Shown here: piece after piece, positions 36,847 through 45,974 of the stretch | Numbering within the stretch: position 1 is the stretch's first letter | Layout of the letters: each line of letters opens with the position of its first letter | From: Vicinamibacterales bacterium | Lineage (GTDB): Bacteria; Acidobacteriota; Vicinamibacteria; Vicinamibacterales; UBA8438 | Direction of reading: 5' to 3' | DNA length: 64,000 bases | Assembly: GCA_963665465.1 (NCBI GenBank) | Contig: OY762226.1 | Span: forward strand, 5,387,986 to 5,451,985 | The notes under the pieces: generated by a model | What the model saw: only the letters and a program-made list of their open reading frames with translations | What the model was told of the DNA's origin: nothing | Databases searched by the model: none | Translations under genes and position numbers: made by a program

Positions 36847-39594
36847 TCAGGCCGGGAGGTCTCCGCGGCGAACGCCGCGAAGCGCGTCGGCGAAGGCGTT
36901 CGCGGTTGCCGGGCGGGCCGACCGGCGAGCCGTCAGCATCATCGCCGCGAACGCGACCACGGCCGCCGACGGGCCGGAGCCCGCCGCCGCCGGGGCGCCG
37001 CGCTCGAGTCGCTGACGTCGAATGCGCTCCTTCACCTCGCCGACGTCGCCCCCCGCGAACGGATGCTCCCCTGAAGCCATCTCGTACAACATCACGCACA
37101 ACGACCAGAGGTCGTCGGCTTCGGAGGCGGGGCGGCCGGACAGCACCTCGGGCGACAGGTAGCGCGCGGTGCCGCCCCCGCTGGTCGCGTCGTTCGCCTC
37201 GCGGGCCAGGCCGAAGTCGAGCAGCTTCGGCGACCCGTCGGCCGCGAACCCGACGTTGCTCGGCTTGACGTCCCCGTGCAGGTAGCCGGCCTCGTGCAAG
37301 GCCGCCAGGGCGTCGGCCAGCAGGACGACGATGTCGAGCGCGCGCGCCGCCTGCATCGGTCCGTGCCGAAGCCGGTCCGCGAGCGTGCCGCCTGACAGGA
37401 ACTCGACGACGAGGAACGGACGGCCCCGCCACGACTCGATGCCGTGGATCTGCGCCACAGCCGGATGCGTGACCGTGGCCATGGCCCAGGCCTCCGGCTT
37501 CGAGCCCATCAGACGGAAGACGGACGCGCCGGTCAGCGTCTTGATGGCGACGTCCCGCTCGAGCCGGAGGTCGCGCGCCAGGTAGACCGCCCCCATTCCT
37601 CCCTTTCCCAGACACCGCGTCAGCCGGTACTTGCCCGCCAGCAGCTTCGGTCCTTCCGTCTCGACGTACGCGGTCCCGCAGTCGCACGCTGCCGGCTCAC
37701 CGGCCTCCGACATGCATCCGCAGGCCGGGCACTCCACGGCCGGCGGCGCGTCCGCCGGCCGGGCTCCCTCCGTGCGCATCGCAAGCACGCGTTCGCCCGC
37801 CAGCCCGGCCACCGCCGCCAGCGCCTCCAGAAACGGAAGGTCCACCGGCCGCGCGAGCCGGCCGTCCAGGCGCCGGCCCGCCACCAGAACCCCCAACAGC
37901 TCAGCGCCGGGGCCCGGGATCGGCACCATGGCGTCGGCGTCCGACTCGACGACCCACCGCCTGTCGTCATGCAGCAGCAGGTCGAAGTACGACGCTTCGT
38001 CCTGTGGATGGACCCGCAGCGTGCCGCCGGCCGTCTCCAGCATGCTGACCATGGGGGACGCACTCGCCAGGGGCGCCATCTCGCCGTCCGGATCGGTGAA
38101 GTCGTCGGCTTCCGCCGCGGCAGCGGTCCGCAGCAGCAAGGTAACCGGGGTGCCGCAGCCTCGTTTCGCCGTCCGTTGCACGATTCGGCTGACCGCCGCG
38201 ACACGCCCCACCTTGGCCAGTGCCGCCGTCGCATCCGCCAGGGCCTGTCGTTGGTCGGCGGTGTCGGGATAGAGCCACGCATCGAGGCGGACCAGCATTC
38301 GCCCGCGGGCCGCGGCGGCCAGCAGCAGGACCGCCGAAACCGCGCCCAGCAACTGCACCGCCGGGTCGGCGGCGACCGTGCCCAGCGTCTGCTCCCGGCG
38401 GTTGGCCAGCAGCCATGCCAGGACCGCCGCCGGCCCGGCGGCCCCAATGCCGAACAGCCACCCGTGCGTCAGCAGCCGGCCCACCGATGCCCGCACCACT
38501 TCGCGCACGTGCGGCACGCGGGCGGCGAGCACCGAGCACCAGAGCAGACCGATTCCCGGAAATCGCAACGCATGCAACGCCGCGATGGTGGGTGACCATT
38601 GGTAGTTGGACAGAGTGTCCCCCGCAGTGAACGCCTCGGCGACGTTGTGCGCCGCCTGCAACCCGATGTACATCAGGAACCCGACGCTGAACAGAACGAC
38701 GCGCCGGGTCTCCTCGGCCGGCGCCGTGTGCGCGCGCAGCACGACCACCACGACCGCTCCGAGCGACAAGATGTTCAAGACGACGAAGATCCCGTCGAAC
38801 ACCACCCAGGAAACAGCGAGGGGTACGCGGCCTGCCCGGACGAGCACCAACCACGTCACGATCCCGACCCACGTGAGGCAGCCGACCAGCACGCTGATCG
38901 GCACCATCCGGCGCGCCAGGCCGTCGAGCCGGGTTCCGCGACGGACCCGTGGGCACTCTCGAGCGAACGCCCACAGGAACGCCGGCGCGAACAGGAACGG
39001 GTACACGTACGGGAAGGCGAAGTCGGGATAGCCGAACGGCTCGGCTGGAGGAGCCCCCCGGAGGATGCCGAGGAGCGCGAACGGATTGATCGTTGCGGCC
39101 GTCAGGAGGAAGTACACGCCCAGCAGCCACGTCCGGTGGTCGCGGCGCCCCGCGAACAGGAGCAGGCACGCGTTCGCCACGGGCGCGGCCGTCAGGAGCG
39201 TGAGGTACGAGGCGAGATCGCCGTACTCGCGCCGGAAGTCGTTCCAACCCCACAGGCCCAGCGCCACCAGGGCAGCCACCCAGAGCGCGGCGAAGGCGAT
39301 CAGAGCTTGCACGGCGAGGCGGACGAAGACGCCGCCGGGCAGCCGGGAGCCCATCGCCGTCTCGCCCGCCGCCTCCTCTTCCTGCACGCGGAAGCTGGCA
39401 AGCACATCGGCGACGACGCGCAGGTTCTCGAGCGTCCGGTGACTGGCCGGTGTGGCCTCCCGCGCGCACCGGTCCCAATCCACGTCCTGGTTCAGCGTCA
39501 GCGCGTCCGCCACGTCGACGACCAGACGGTCGCGCTCCTCCTCACCCATCCGACATGCTTTCGCTCGGCCGTGTTCAGACACCGACAGCCGCAC
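36847..39594 (-). CDS. Multi-pass membrane Ser/Thr protein kinase (kinase domain C-terminal)
   Basis: The kinase motifs are GKGGMGAVYLA, VAIK, HGDVKPSNV, DFGLA and YLSPE. The kinase is preceded by the zinc-ribbon-like CPACGC...CDCG, a GAF-like region and about 10 TM helices. An alternative start lies at 39549. Confidence 0.85.
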   Translation of the reverse strand: MRLSVSEHGRAKACRMGEEERDRLVVDVADALTLNQDVDWDRCAREATPASHRTLENLRVVADVLASFRVQEEEAAGETAMGSRLPGGVFVRLAVQALIAFAALWVAALVALGLWGWNDFRREYGDLASYLTLLTAAPVANACLLLFAGRRDHRTWLLGVYFLLTAATINPFALLGILRGAPPAEPFGYPDFAFPYVYPFLFAPAFLWAFARECPRVRRGTRLDGLARRMVPISVLVGCLTWVGIVTWLVLVRAGRVPLAVSWVVFDGIFVVLNILSLGAVVVVVLRAHTAPAEETRRVVLFSVGFLMYIGLQAAHNVAEAFTAGDTLSNYQWSPTIAALHALRFPGIGLLWCSVLAARVPHVREVVRASVGRLLTHGWLFGIGAAGPAAVLAWLLANRREQTLGTVAADPAVQLLGAVSAVLLLAAAARGRMLVRLDAWLYPDTADQRQALADATAALAKVGRVAAVSRIVQRTAKRGCGTPVTLLLRTAAAAEADDFTDPDGEMAPLASASPMVSMLETAGGTLRVHPQDEASYFDLLLHDDRRWVVESDADAMVPIPGPGAELLGVLVAGRRLDGRLARPVDLPFLEALAAVAGLAGERVLAMRTEGARPADAPPAVECPACGCMSEAGEPAACDCGTAYVETEGPKLLAGKYRLTRCLGKGGMGAVYLARDLRLERDVAIKTLTGASVFRLMGSKPEAWAMATVTHPAVAQIHGIESWRGRPFLVVEFLSGGTLADRLRHGPMQAARALDIVVLLADALAALHEAGYLHGDVKPSNVGFAADGSPKLLDFGLAREANDATSGGGTARYLSPEVLSGRPASEADDLWSLCVMLYEMASGEHPFAGGDVGEVKERIRRQRLERGAPAAAGSGPSAAVVAFAAMMLTARRSARPATANAFADALRGVRRGDLPA

Positions 39595-39663
39595 TGCGCG
39601 GGCCGTGTGCCTTCTAATTGAACCGGCGTTCGCGAAGCGGAAACCGAACAGGCGGGTCGTGCG

Positions 39664-40251
39664 TCAGCGATCCGCCATGACGTCGCCCAGCCGAATCAAC
39701 GCCCGCCTTAGCGCCATGCGCGCCGCATCCGGACTCGGCATCCGTTCGGCGAGCGCGAGCTGCCGGTAGTTGTAGCCGAGCTCGACGCGGCCGGCGATCA
39801 GCCGTCGGTCCCGGGAGGTCAGACGCTGCAGGCCATCGACGTAGCGTCTCCAGGCATCGTCGTCGACGAGCCGCCGCAGTTGAGGCGCGCCGTCCTCGGA
39901 CATCCGAACCCGTTGCTCCGGCGCAATGGCGTGACGGCGCCGCGTCGCCCGCCGCAGCTCGTCGCGGATGCGGTTCTCGGTAACCCGCCGCAGGTAGGCC
40001 CGCAGTGAGCTCGCGCGCTTCGACTCGAACCAGTCGAGACGCGCGAACGTGTAGCCCAGCACTTCCTGCACGACGTCGCTGGTGTCGAGAGAGCCCCGTG
40101 CCCGATGCGGCAGGCGGCCCCGTGTCCATCTACGGAGCCAGGATCCGTACCGCTTGAACAGCGCCTCGGCCGCCCCGCGGCTGCCCCGCCGGACCTGCTC
40201 CAGGAGGCGCGACTCGGACGAGGACGTGGAGGCCGGATCGCCGGGCGCCAT
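39664..40251 (-). CDS. ECF-type sigma-70 factor
   Basis: Region 2 is LLEQVRRGSRGAAEALFKRYGSWLRRW...DVVQEVL. Region 4 is LTSRDRRLIAGRVELGYNYRQLALAERMPSPDAARMALRRAL. Alternative starts lie at 40278 and 40296. Confidence 0.8.
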   Translation of the reverse strand: MAPGDPASTSSSESRLLEQVRRGSRGAAEALFKRYGSWLRRWTRGRLPHRARGSLDTSDVVQEVLGYTFARLDWFESKRASSLRAYLRRVTENRIRDELRRATRRRHAIAPEQRVRMSEDGAPQLRRLVDDDAWRRYVDGLQRLTSRDRRLIAGRVELGYNYRQLALAERMPSPDAARMALRRALIRLGDVMADR

Positions 40252-40549
40252 CGACGACGGTTCGGGCTTCAACACCATGATTCCACGCGAGATCATGTGC
40301 GACGCCGCCCGAGCAGGCAAGGGGCCGGGCGGGGTTTGCCCGCGAGCGCCGACTGGACGGCCGTCCGAAGGAGCCCGTAGCGGTCCGCGCGCAGAACACT
40401 CTGGGGCAGCGTCGGGGCGTGCGAGCAGGGACGTGTGTCGCAACCGGGCTCCGATCGTCACTCGGATCCGCCCCCCGGTCCGGTACCGCCGCGAGGGCCC
40501 AGGTCGCGCTTGACCTCCCTCAAGTCCGAATCATACTGTTGACCACGAC

Positions 40550-40771
40550 ATGCGCAGTTACACGGCCGTCGTGGAACGTTGTCCGGATACGCGCCTCTAC
40601 GTCGGTTACGTGCCGGGGTTTCCCGGAGCGCACAGCCAGGGCGAGACCCTCGAGGAGCTCAACGTGGAGCTCAACGAGAATCTCCGGGAGGTCATTGCGA
40701 TGCTGCTCGATGATGGGGAACCAGTACTGGACGGCGAGTACGTAGGTACCCAGGTTATCGTCGTAGCCTGA
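40550..40771 (+). CDS. hicB: HicB-like antitoxin (UPF0150 fold)
   Basis: 73 aa. YTAVVERCPDTRLYVGYVPGFPGAHSQGETLEELNVELNENLREVIAMLL matches the HicB N-terminal domain pattern. Confidence 0.6.
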   Translation: MRSYTAVVERCPDTRLYVGYVPGFPGAHSQGETLEELNVELNENLREVIAMLLDDGEPVLDGEYVGTQVIVVA

Positions 40772-40810
40772 TCGCGTGCCGCCCATTCCAGTCCTCAAGC
40801 CTGTTGCGCA

Positions 40811-40864
40811 GCGCGAGAAACTGATCAGTATGTCCAGCTGGACATACTGATCAGTTTCTCGCGC
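40811..40864. repeat. Perfect 54-bp palindrome (27-bp arms)
   Basis: GCGCGAGAAACTGATCAGTATGTCCAG|CTGGACATACTGATCAGTTTCTCGCGC lies between convergent genes. Confidence 0.9.
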
Positions 40865-40933
40865 TCGCCAACACCCGCTCGAGCATGCGCGATTCGCACG
40901 CAAGCGTCGCTCGTTGGGCGATCGCACACTGGG

Positions 40934-42886
40934 TCAGTTCGTCAGGACCAGGATCGCGGCTCGCAGCTGCTCCAAGTGATCCGCCTTGATCTCGGTCACG
41001 CCCACGATGATGGTGCCATCCATGTAAGCCGGCCGACGCCGCCCGACGGTGTCGTACACGTCGTCGAGGGCGTCACGCAATTCGGTCAGATGCACCCGCT
41101 TGACCGGCGTGGCGCCCACCGTCAGCACCGGGTCGGTCCACTGAGCCGTAGGCAGGTTCTCTGCCGCGCGCAGCGCATCTACCTGCGTCCGAAGCGCCAG
41201 GAAGTGGATCGCCCTGATCGCAGTGCCGGCTTGGACGTCGCCGGCCGGGCGTTCCACCGGCCGCACCCGCACGGTGAAGCGGTGCGTGATGCCCGCCGCC
41301 GTGACCGTGATGGTCGTGGAGCCCTCGGACAGGGGGGTGAGGATGACCCGTGAGCCGTCCACGGCGACCGTGACGTGCGGCGCTGACGAGGAAGCCTGAA
41401 CCGGCCCAGTAAACGGCAGGCCGGCGGCAACCGCGCCGGAGCCGGTGACGTACAGGTCCACGGGCAGGCGCCATGCGGTCGTGCGAAGCCTGTCGTACCA
41501 TTCCCCGACCGTGTGTTCTGACAGCTTCCCCTTGAAGGAGTAGGCGCGATAACGCGACAGCGCCTCCCACTGGCCTTCGTAGACTGTGATCCAGGTGTCC
41601 CAGAAGAAGGCGCCGTACATCAGGCCGGGGTGCGCGTTCATGACCTCGAACAGCGCTCGGTACATGTTGTCCTGAACCTCGGCGCCGTCCTCGAGCCCGT
41701 TCTCGTTGGTGTCGACGAACACGATGTGCTCGTTCTCCGGAAAGCGTGCCGGGTCTGCGGGGGCCTGCACGATGTCGGGCGCACCGTATTCGAGAAAGAC
41801 CATCGGGCGGCCCGGGTTGCGTTCCGCCATGGGAATCAGGTGGTCGCGGAAGATTCGTTCGTACGCGCGCCGCAGGCTGTCGACGCTCGTTACGGTCGTG
41901 GGCAGCTCGTCTACCAGGGGGAACCACGCGCTGACGCCGATGACGTCCAGGTCGAGGTCGTCCCATAGGCGCCACGAGCCCGGCGCGAACCAGTCCCTCC
42001 AGTAGGCCTTGTACGACATGTCGTAGGTCAGCAGGCCGGTGTACACGGCACGAACGCGATCCACCATCGACCGGAGCTGCGGGCCGAAGTCGTTGACCCA
42101 GTAGTCGCCGCCCGAGCGTGTGCGGAAGAGCCGTTCGGTTTCGGTTCCGAGCGAGTACATCGCCGCGCCCTCTTCCTGTGCGATGCGGGCGAAGTGGATC
42201 GCCTGCTGCGCGTAGCTCTCCCAGAACTCGGCGACGAACCGCTCGTGGTCGGGGTGGTTCGGCCGCCATGGCCAGAAGTCGGGGTGAATCTGACGCGCGC
42301 AGGTGCAGTAGAGGTGGTCATCAGGGACGCCGGTGTCGGGATAGCCCGGGTCTCCGAGCTGAAATCGCGGCGCGGGGTGCTCGACGGCGTCGAGTTCATC
42401 CTCCGTCTCGAAGCTCTCGATGGCCAGGGTCATGTAGACGTTGAATCCGTGCGCCCTGAACTCGCGGATGACCTCCCGGATCGCGTCGTCGGAGAACGTG
42501 GGGACGCGTACGCCGGAGTACGTACGCTCCAGGCTGCTGTCCATGCTGTGCTCGACGTGCAGGGCGACCGAGAATCCAACCCAGTCCACATGCACGCTCC
42601 GGAGGTACTCGATGTAGCGCAGCGGAACCAACGGCTGCGTTCGATCCGTTTCCCAGAGAGCGACGGCATCGGCAGTGTGTGCCCAATTGCCGGAGAGATG
42701 GATGGCACGCAGCGGCCGGTCGAGTTGCTGGGCGTGCAGCCCTGCACCGACGCACCAGAACAACGCCAGCGCGGCCTGTAGTCGCAGCAGCGCCCGGCTC
42801 CATGGGCGCTTGGCGGAAGGGTATCCCACAGGTAGTAGCAGACTCGCCGCCGACAGGACACTCACGCTATGCACCTTCCCTTGCAT
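40934..42886 (-). CDS. Secreted TIM-barrel glycoside-hydrolase-like protein (clan GH-A-like) with Big_2-like domain and C-terminal TDP..H..ELR repeats
   Basis: 650 aa from MQGKVHSV. It has a signal region, candidate catalytic Glu motifs YSLGTETE and VFLEYG, and an Ig-like VTVAVDGSRVILTPLSEGSTTITVTA. It is a paralogue of 43344..45014. The family assignment is tentative. Confidence 0.55.
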   Translation of the reverse strand: MQGKVHSVSVLSAASLLLPVGYPSAKRPWSRALLRLQAALALFWCVGAGLHAQQLDRPLRAIHLSGNWAHTADAVALWETDRTQPLVPLRYIEYLRSVHVDWVGFSVALHVEHSMDSSLERTYSGVRVPTFSDDAIREVIREFRAHGFNVYMTLAIESFETEDELDAVEHPAPRFQLGDPGYPDTGVPDDHLYCTCARQIHPDFWPWRPNHPDHERFVAEFWESYAQQAIHFARIAQEEGAAMYSLGTETERLFRTRSGGDYWVNDFGPQLRSMVDRVRAVYTGLLTYDMSYKAYWRDWFAPGSWRLWDDLDLDVIGVSAWFPLVDELPTTVTSVDSLRRAYERIFRDHLIPMAERNPGRPMVFLEYGAPDIVQAPADPARFPENEHIVFVDTNENGLEDGAEVQDNMYRALFEVMNAHPGLMYGAFFWDTWITVYEGQWEALSRYRAYSFKGKLSEHTVGEWYDRLRTTAWRLPVDLYVTGSGAVAAGLPFTGPVQASSSAPHVTVAVDGSRVILTPLSEGSTTITVTAAGITHRFTVRVRPVERPAGDVQAGTAIRAIHFLALRTQVDALRAAENLPTAQWTDPVLTVGATPVKRVHLTELRDALDDVYDTVGRRRPAYMDGTIIVGVTEIKADHLEQLRAAILVLTN

Positions 42887-42954
42887 CGCCTGAGATGGGT
42901 ACCGTCCACTCACCGGTTGCCCGCTGTACTCGCACCGGTCAAGACGGGTGGTCT

Positions 42955-43167
42955 CTAGATCACGATGCGCTCGATCTCGACGAAGCCGATTGCATCGGCC
43001 GTCTGGTCGTAGCGCTTCGTCGTTCTCGACGAAGCGTGCCCGGTGATCCGCTGCGAGTGCTCGCCCGTCCCCCTGTTCGACAGATACGCCGTGGTCCTTG
43101 TCGCCCGACACGTGTGGCAGCACGTCGAGGGCGGCGATTCGGCGGCCGCCTCGCGCTGCTTGATCAT
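42955..43167 (-). pseudogene. Tyrosine integrase C-terminal remnant
   Basis: CHTCRATRTTAYLSNRGTGEHSQRITGHASSRTTKRYDQTADAIGFVEIERIVI is the HxxR...GH...Y tail of an integrase family ending ...ERI.I. There is no N-terminal body. Confidence 0.55.
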
Positions 43168-43343
43168 GGTTAGCGCCAGACGCCGCGGCAGCGCCCGGCC
43201 TGTTACCCGTCGACCGCGAACGCGCGCACCGGTGTCGGCGCCGCGGCCAACGGCGCCGCGCGCACGAAGGCGCACAAGACGAGCCCCGGACCAGCAACGG
43301 TCTGCATGGTGCTGTTCCTTCTGTGACAGGAAACGCATGACAG

Positions 43344-45014
43344 TCACGTGCCGGGCTCTCGCCCTCGCAGCGCCTCGATCTGCCGCCGCAATTCCAGGAG
43401 GCGGGTCGGTCTGCGCGGCGTCGACGCCACCACCGTCACGTTGAACTGCTGCGTGGCCGAGAAGCCGTCCGGCCCGCTCGCCGTCACCGTGACGGTCGCC
43501 ACGCCCTCGGCCACCGACGTTACCGTGACCGTGGAACCCGACACGCTGACCGAGGCCACTCCGGGCTGCGACGACGATGCCGCGTACGTGGCCGCGTTCC
43601 GAAACGCGCCGGCAACTGGAACCACCACGGCGGTCGCCACCGCGCCTACATACAATGTCCGCTCCGGCAGCCGTCCCACCGCCCTCGCTTGTGAGGTTTC
43701 CGTCGACCGCCATCTCTCGTACTGTGCGCGGACGACCTCCCCGGCCGGCTTGTCGCGGATGTCGTAGTTGCGCTCGGCCGTCCAATGCCGCTCCCAGTCC
43801 TCGTTGCTCGCGATCCAGTTGTCCCAGAAGAAGGCGCCAAGGACCACATCCGGGTATCGATCCATGGTCTCGAACAGCGCCTGGAAGATGTTCGCCTGGG
43901 TCTCGCGGCCGTCGTCGACGCCGTTGCCGTTCAGGTCGGAGAACACGAACTCGGCTGTCTCCGGAAAACCGGACGGCTCCGTGGGTCCTTCGACCGTGTC
44001 GATGGCTCCGTACTCAGTGAACACGATCGGCCGGCCGGGATTGTCGGCGGCAAGGGGAACGAGGTGGTCCTGGAATATGCGTTCGTACTCCTGCCGCAGA
44101 TGGTCGACGCTCATGACCATGGAGGGCGGCGTCTCGGCCAGGTTGAACCACGCGCTGACGCCGACGACATCGAGGTCGAGATCGTCCCACAGCGAGTCCG
44201 ACATGCCTGCGTAGAACTCATCGGTGATGGTGAAGTAGTGCATGTCGTAGGTCAACAGTCCGTGGTACTCCGAGCGCACGCTGTCGACCATGGTTCTGAG
44301 CTCCGGTCCGAAGTCGTTCGCGAAGTAGGAACTCGTCGGCCGCGTTCTGAAGAGGACGTCGGTTTCCGTTCCCAACGAGTACATCCCGACGCCTTCCTGC
44401 TGGGCGATCTTGGCGAAGTGGACAGCCTCCCGCGTATACGTTTCCCAGAATTCCCGGACGAAACGGTCGTGATCCGGGTGGCTGGGCCGCCACGGCCAGT
44501 GCTCGGGTCGGATTGGCGGTGCGTGCAGGGGATCGTGGAACGGCACGCCCGTATCGGGCTCGCCGGGGTCGCCGAGCTGCCACCGCTGCGCGGGCCGCTG
44601 CGCCGCGTAGGCCTCGTGGCTCTCGAAGGCCAGCGTTAGATATACCTCGAAGTCGTGCGCCCGGAATTCGCGAATCAGTTGCCTCAGCGCGGCGTCCGAG
44701 AAGGTCGGCACGTTGAGGCCAGGCGAGTACGCGCGCTCGACGGTGCTGTCCATGCTGTCTTCGTAGTGGAGCGCCACGGAGATGCCGACCCAGTTGACGT
44801 GCAGGTCCTCGAGATACTGGATGTAGTCGAGCGGAATGAGCGGCTCGGTCCCGTCCGGGTCCCAGGCGTTGACCGCCGCCCATCGGTTCGCGCCCCAGTT
44901 TCCGGCGATGTGAATGGCGCGCAGCGGCCCGTCCGCCGGAAGCGTCTGGGCGCACAGGCCGCCGGCCGATGCGAGGCAGGACAAAAGCACCGGAACGAGC
45001 AGCAGGTATCTCAT
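43344..45014 (-). CDS. Secreted TIM-barrel glycoside-hydrolase-like protein, paralogue
   Basis: 556 aa with the signal peptide MRYLLLVPVLLSCLASAGGLCAQ. It is co-linear with 40934..42886 (YSLGTETD, VFTEYG, Ig-like SVSGSTVTVTSVAEGVATVTVTA). Confidence 0.55.
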   Translation of the reverse strand: MRYLLLVPVLLSCLASAGGLCAQTLPADGPLRAIHIAGNWGANRWAAVNAWDPDGTEPLIPLDYIQYLEDLHVNWVGISVALHYEDSMDSTVERAYSPGLNVPTFSDAALRQLIREFRAHDFEVYLTLAFESHEAYAAQRPAQRWQLGDPGEPDTGVPFHDPLHAPPIRPEHWPWRPSHPDHDRFVREFWETYTREAVHFAKIAQQEGVGMYSLGTETDVLFRTRPTSSYFANDFGPELRTMVDSVRSEYHGLLTYDMHYFTITDEFYAGMSDSLWDDLDLDVVGVSAWFNLAETPPSMVMSVDHLRQEYERIFQDHLVPLAADNPGRPIVFTEYGAIDTVEGPTEPSGFPETAEFVFSDLNGNGVDDGRETQANIFQALFETMDRYPDVVLGAFFWDNWIASNEDWERHWTAERNYDIRDKPAGEVVRAQYERWRSTETSQARAVGRLPERTLYVGAVATAVVVPVAGAFRNAATYAASSSQPGVASVSVSGSTVTVTSVAEGVATVTVTASGPDGFSATQQFNVTVVASTPRRPTRLLELRRQIEALRGREPGT

Positions 45015-45017
45015 TGC

Positions 45018-45974
45018 TCAGGGAATGACGAAGTCGGAGGCGCCCAGCGTGGCGACGGGCACGTTGAGCGTGATGTCCCCGAAATCCTCGAATCCGGCCC
45101 CGAGCAGGCTGAGGTCCAGGACGTTCCCCGTGCTGTTGCGCAGCAGGTTGGCCAGGTCGGCTGCGCTCAGGTCGGCGTGAGCGAAGGCGAGCTCGATCGT
45201 GTCTTCGCCCTTCGTGAAGTCCCGGATCTCACCCCCGGAGAACTCGCTGCCGGCACACACGAAAGCGTCGTCGCCCGGGCCGCCGACCAGCACGCCGCCG
45301 TGGGTCAGCACCAGGAGGCGGTCGTCGCCGATGCCGCCGTCCAGGTGATCGGGGGCGTCGCCGCCGCCGCGCAGCGTGTCGTTACCGGCGCCGCCCTCGA
45401 GTCCGTCGATGCTCCCGTTGCCGGCGGCGTCCAGATGGTCGCTGCCCGCCGACCCGATGACGCCCTCGATTCCGACCAGGATGTCCCCGGCCGCGTGCCC
45501 ACCGCTGCCCGGCACGAGCAGGTCGGTGGCGAGCGACACGGTGACGCCCGCGCCGGCCGGGCCGACCGGGGAATCGCCGTAGGAGACGATATCGATGCCG
45601 TCGCCGCCATTGAGATAGTCCGCTCCGGTGCCGCCCTCGAGCCCGTCGTCGCCGGGCCCGCCCAGCAGGACATCGCTGCTCTCGCCCCCGAACAGGAAGT
45701 CGTCGTCGCGGTCGCCGAACAGCACGTCGACGCCGAGGTCGCCGAAGATGGTGTCGCTGCCGCGCCCGCCCCGCACGACGTCGTCGCCGTCTCCGCCGTG
45801 AATCTCGTCGTCGTCTAGATCGCCGTAGAGCGAGTCGGGGCCGTTACCCCCGCGGATGGTGTCCTTCCCGCTGCCGCCCCGCAGTTGATCCTGCCCGTCG
45901 CCGCCGCCTATCTCGTCAGCCTCCGGCGTCCCGAAGTACTGGTCGTTACCCGGTGTTCCGTCGAATACGGCCAT
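45018..45974 (-). CDS. RTX-type calcium-binding repeat protein (318 aa)
   Basis: From MAVFDGTPGNDQYFG, with tandem GGxGxD repeats, one SxxGVTVSLA...GGHAAGDILVGIE module and a T1SS-like C-terminus. Confidence 0.8.
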   Translation of the reverse strand: MAVFDGTPGNDQYFGTPEADEIGGGDGQDQLRGGSGKDTIRGGNGPDSLYGDLDDDEIHGGDGDDVVRGGRGSDTIFGDLGVDVLFGDRDDDFLFGGESSDVLLGGPGDDGLEGGTGADYLNGGDGIDIVSYGDSPVGPAGAGVTVSLATDLLVPGSGGHAAGDILVGIEGVIGSAGSDHLDAAGNGSIDGLEGGAGNDTLRGGGDAPDHLDGGIGDDRLLVLTHGGVLVGGPGDDAFVCAGSEFSGGEIRDFTKGEDTIELAFAHADLSAADLANLLRNSTGNVLDLSLLGAGFEDFGDITLNVPVATLGASDFVIP

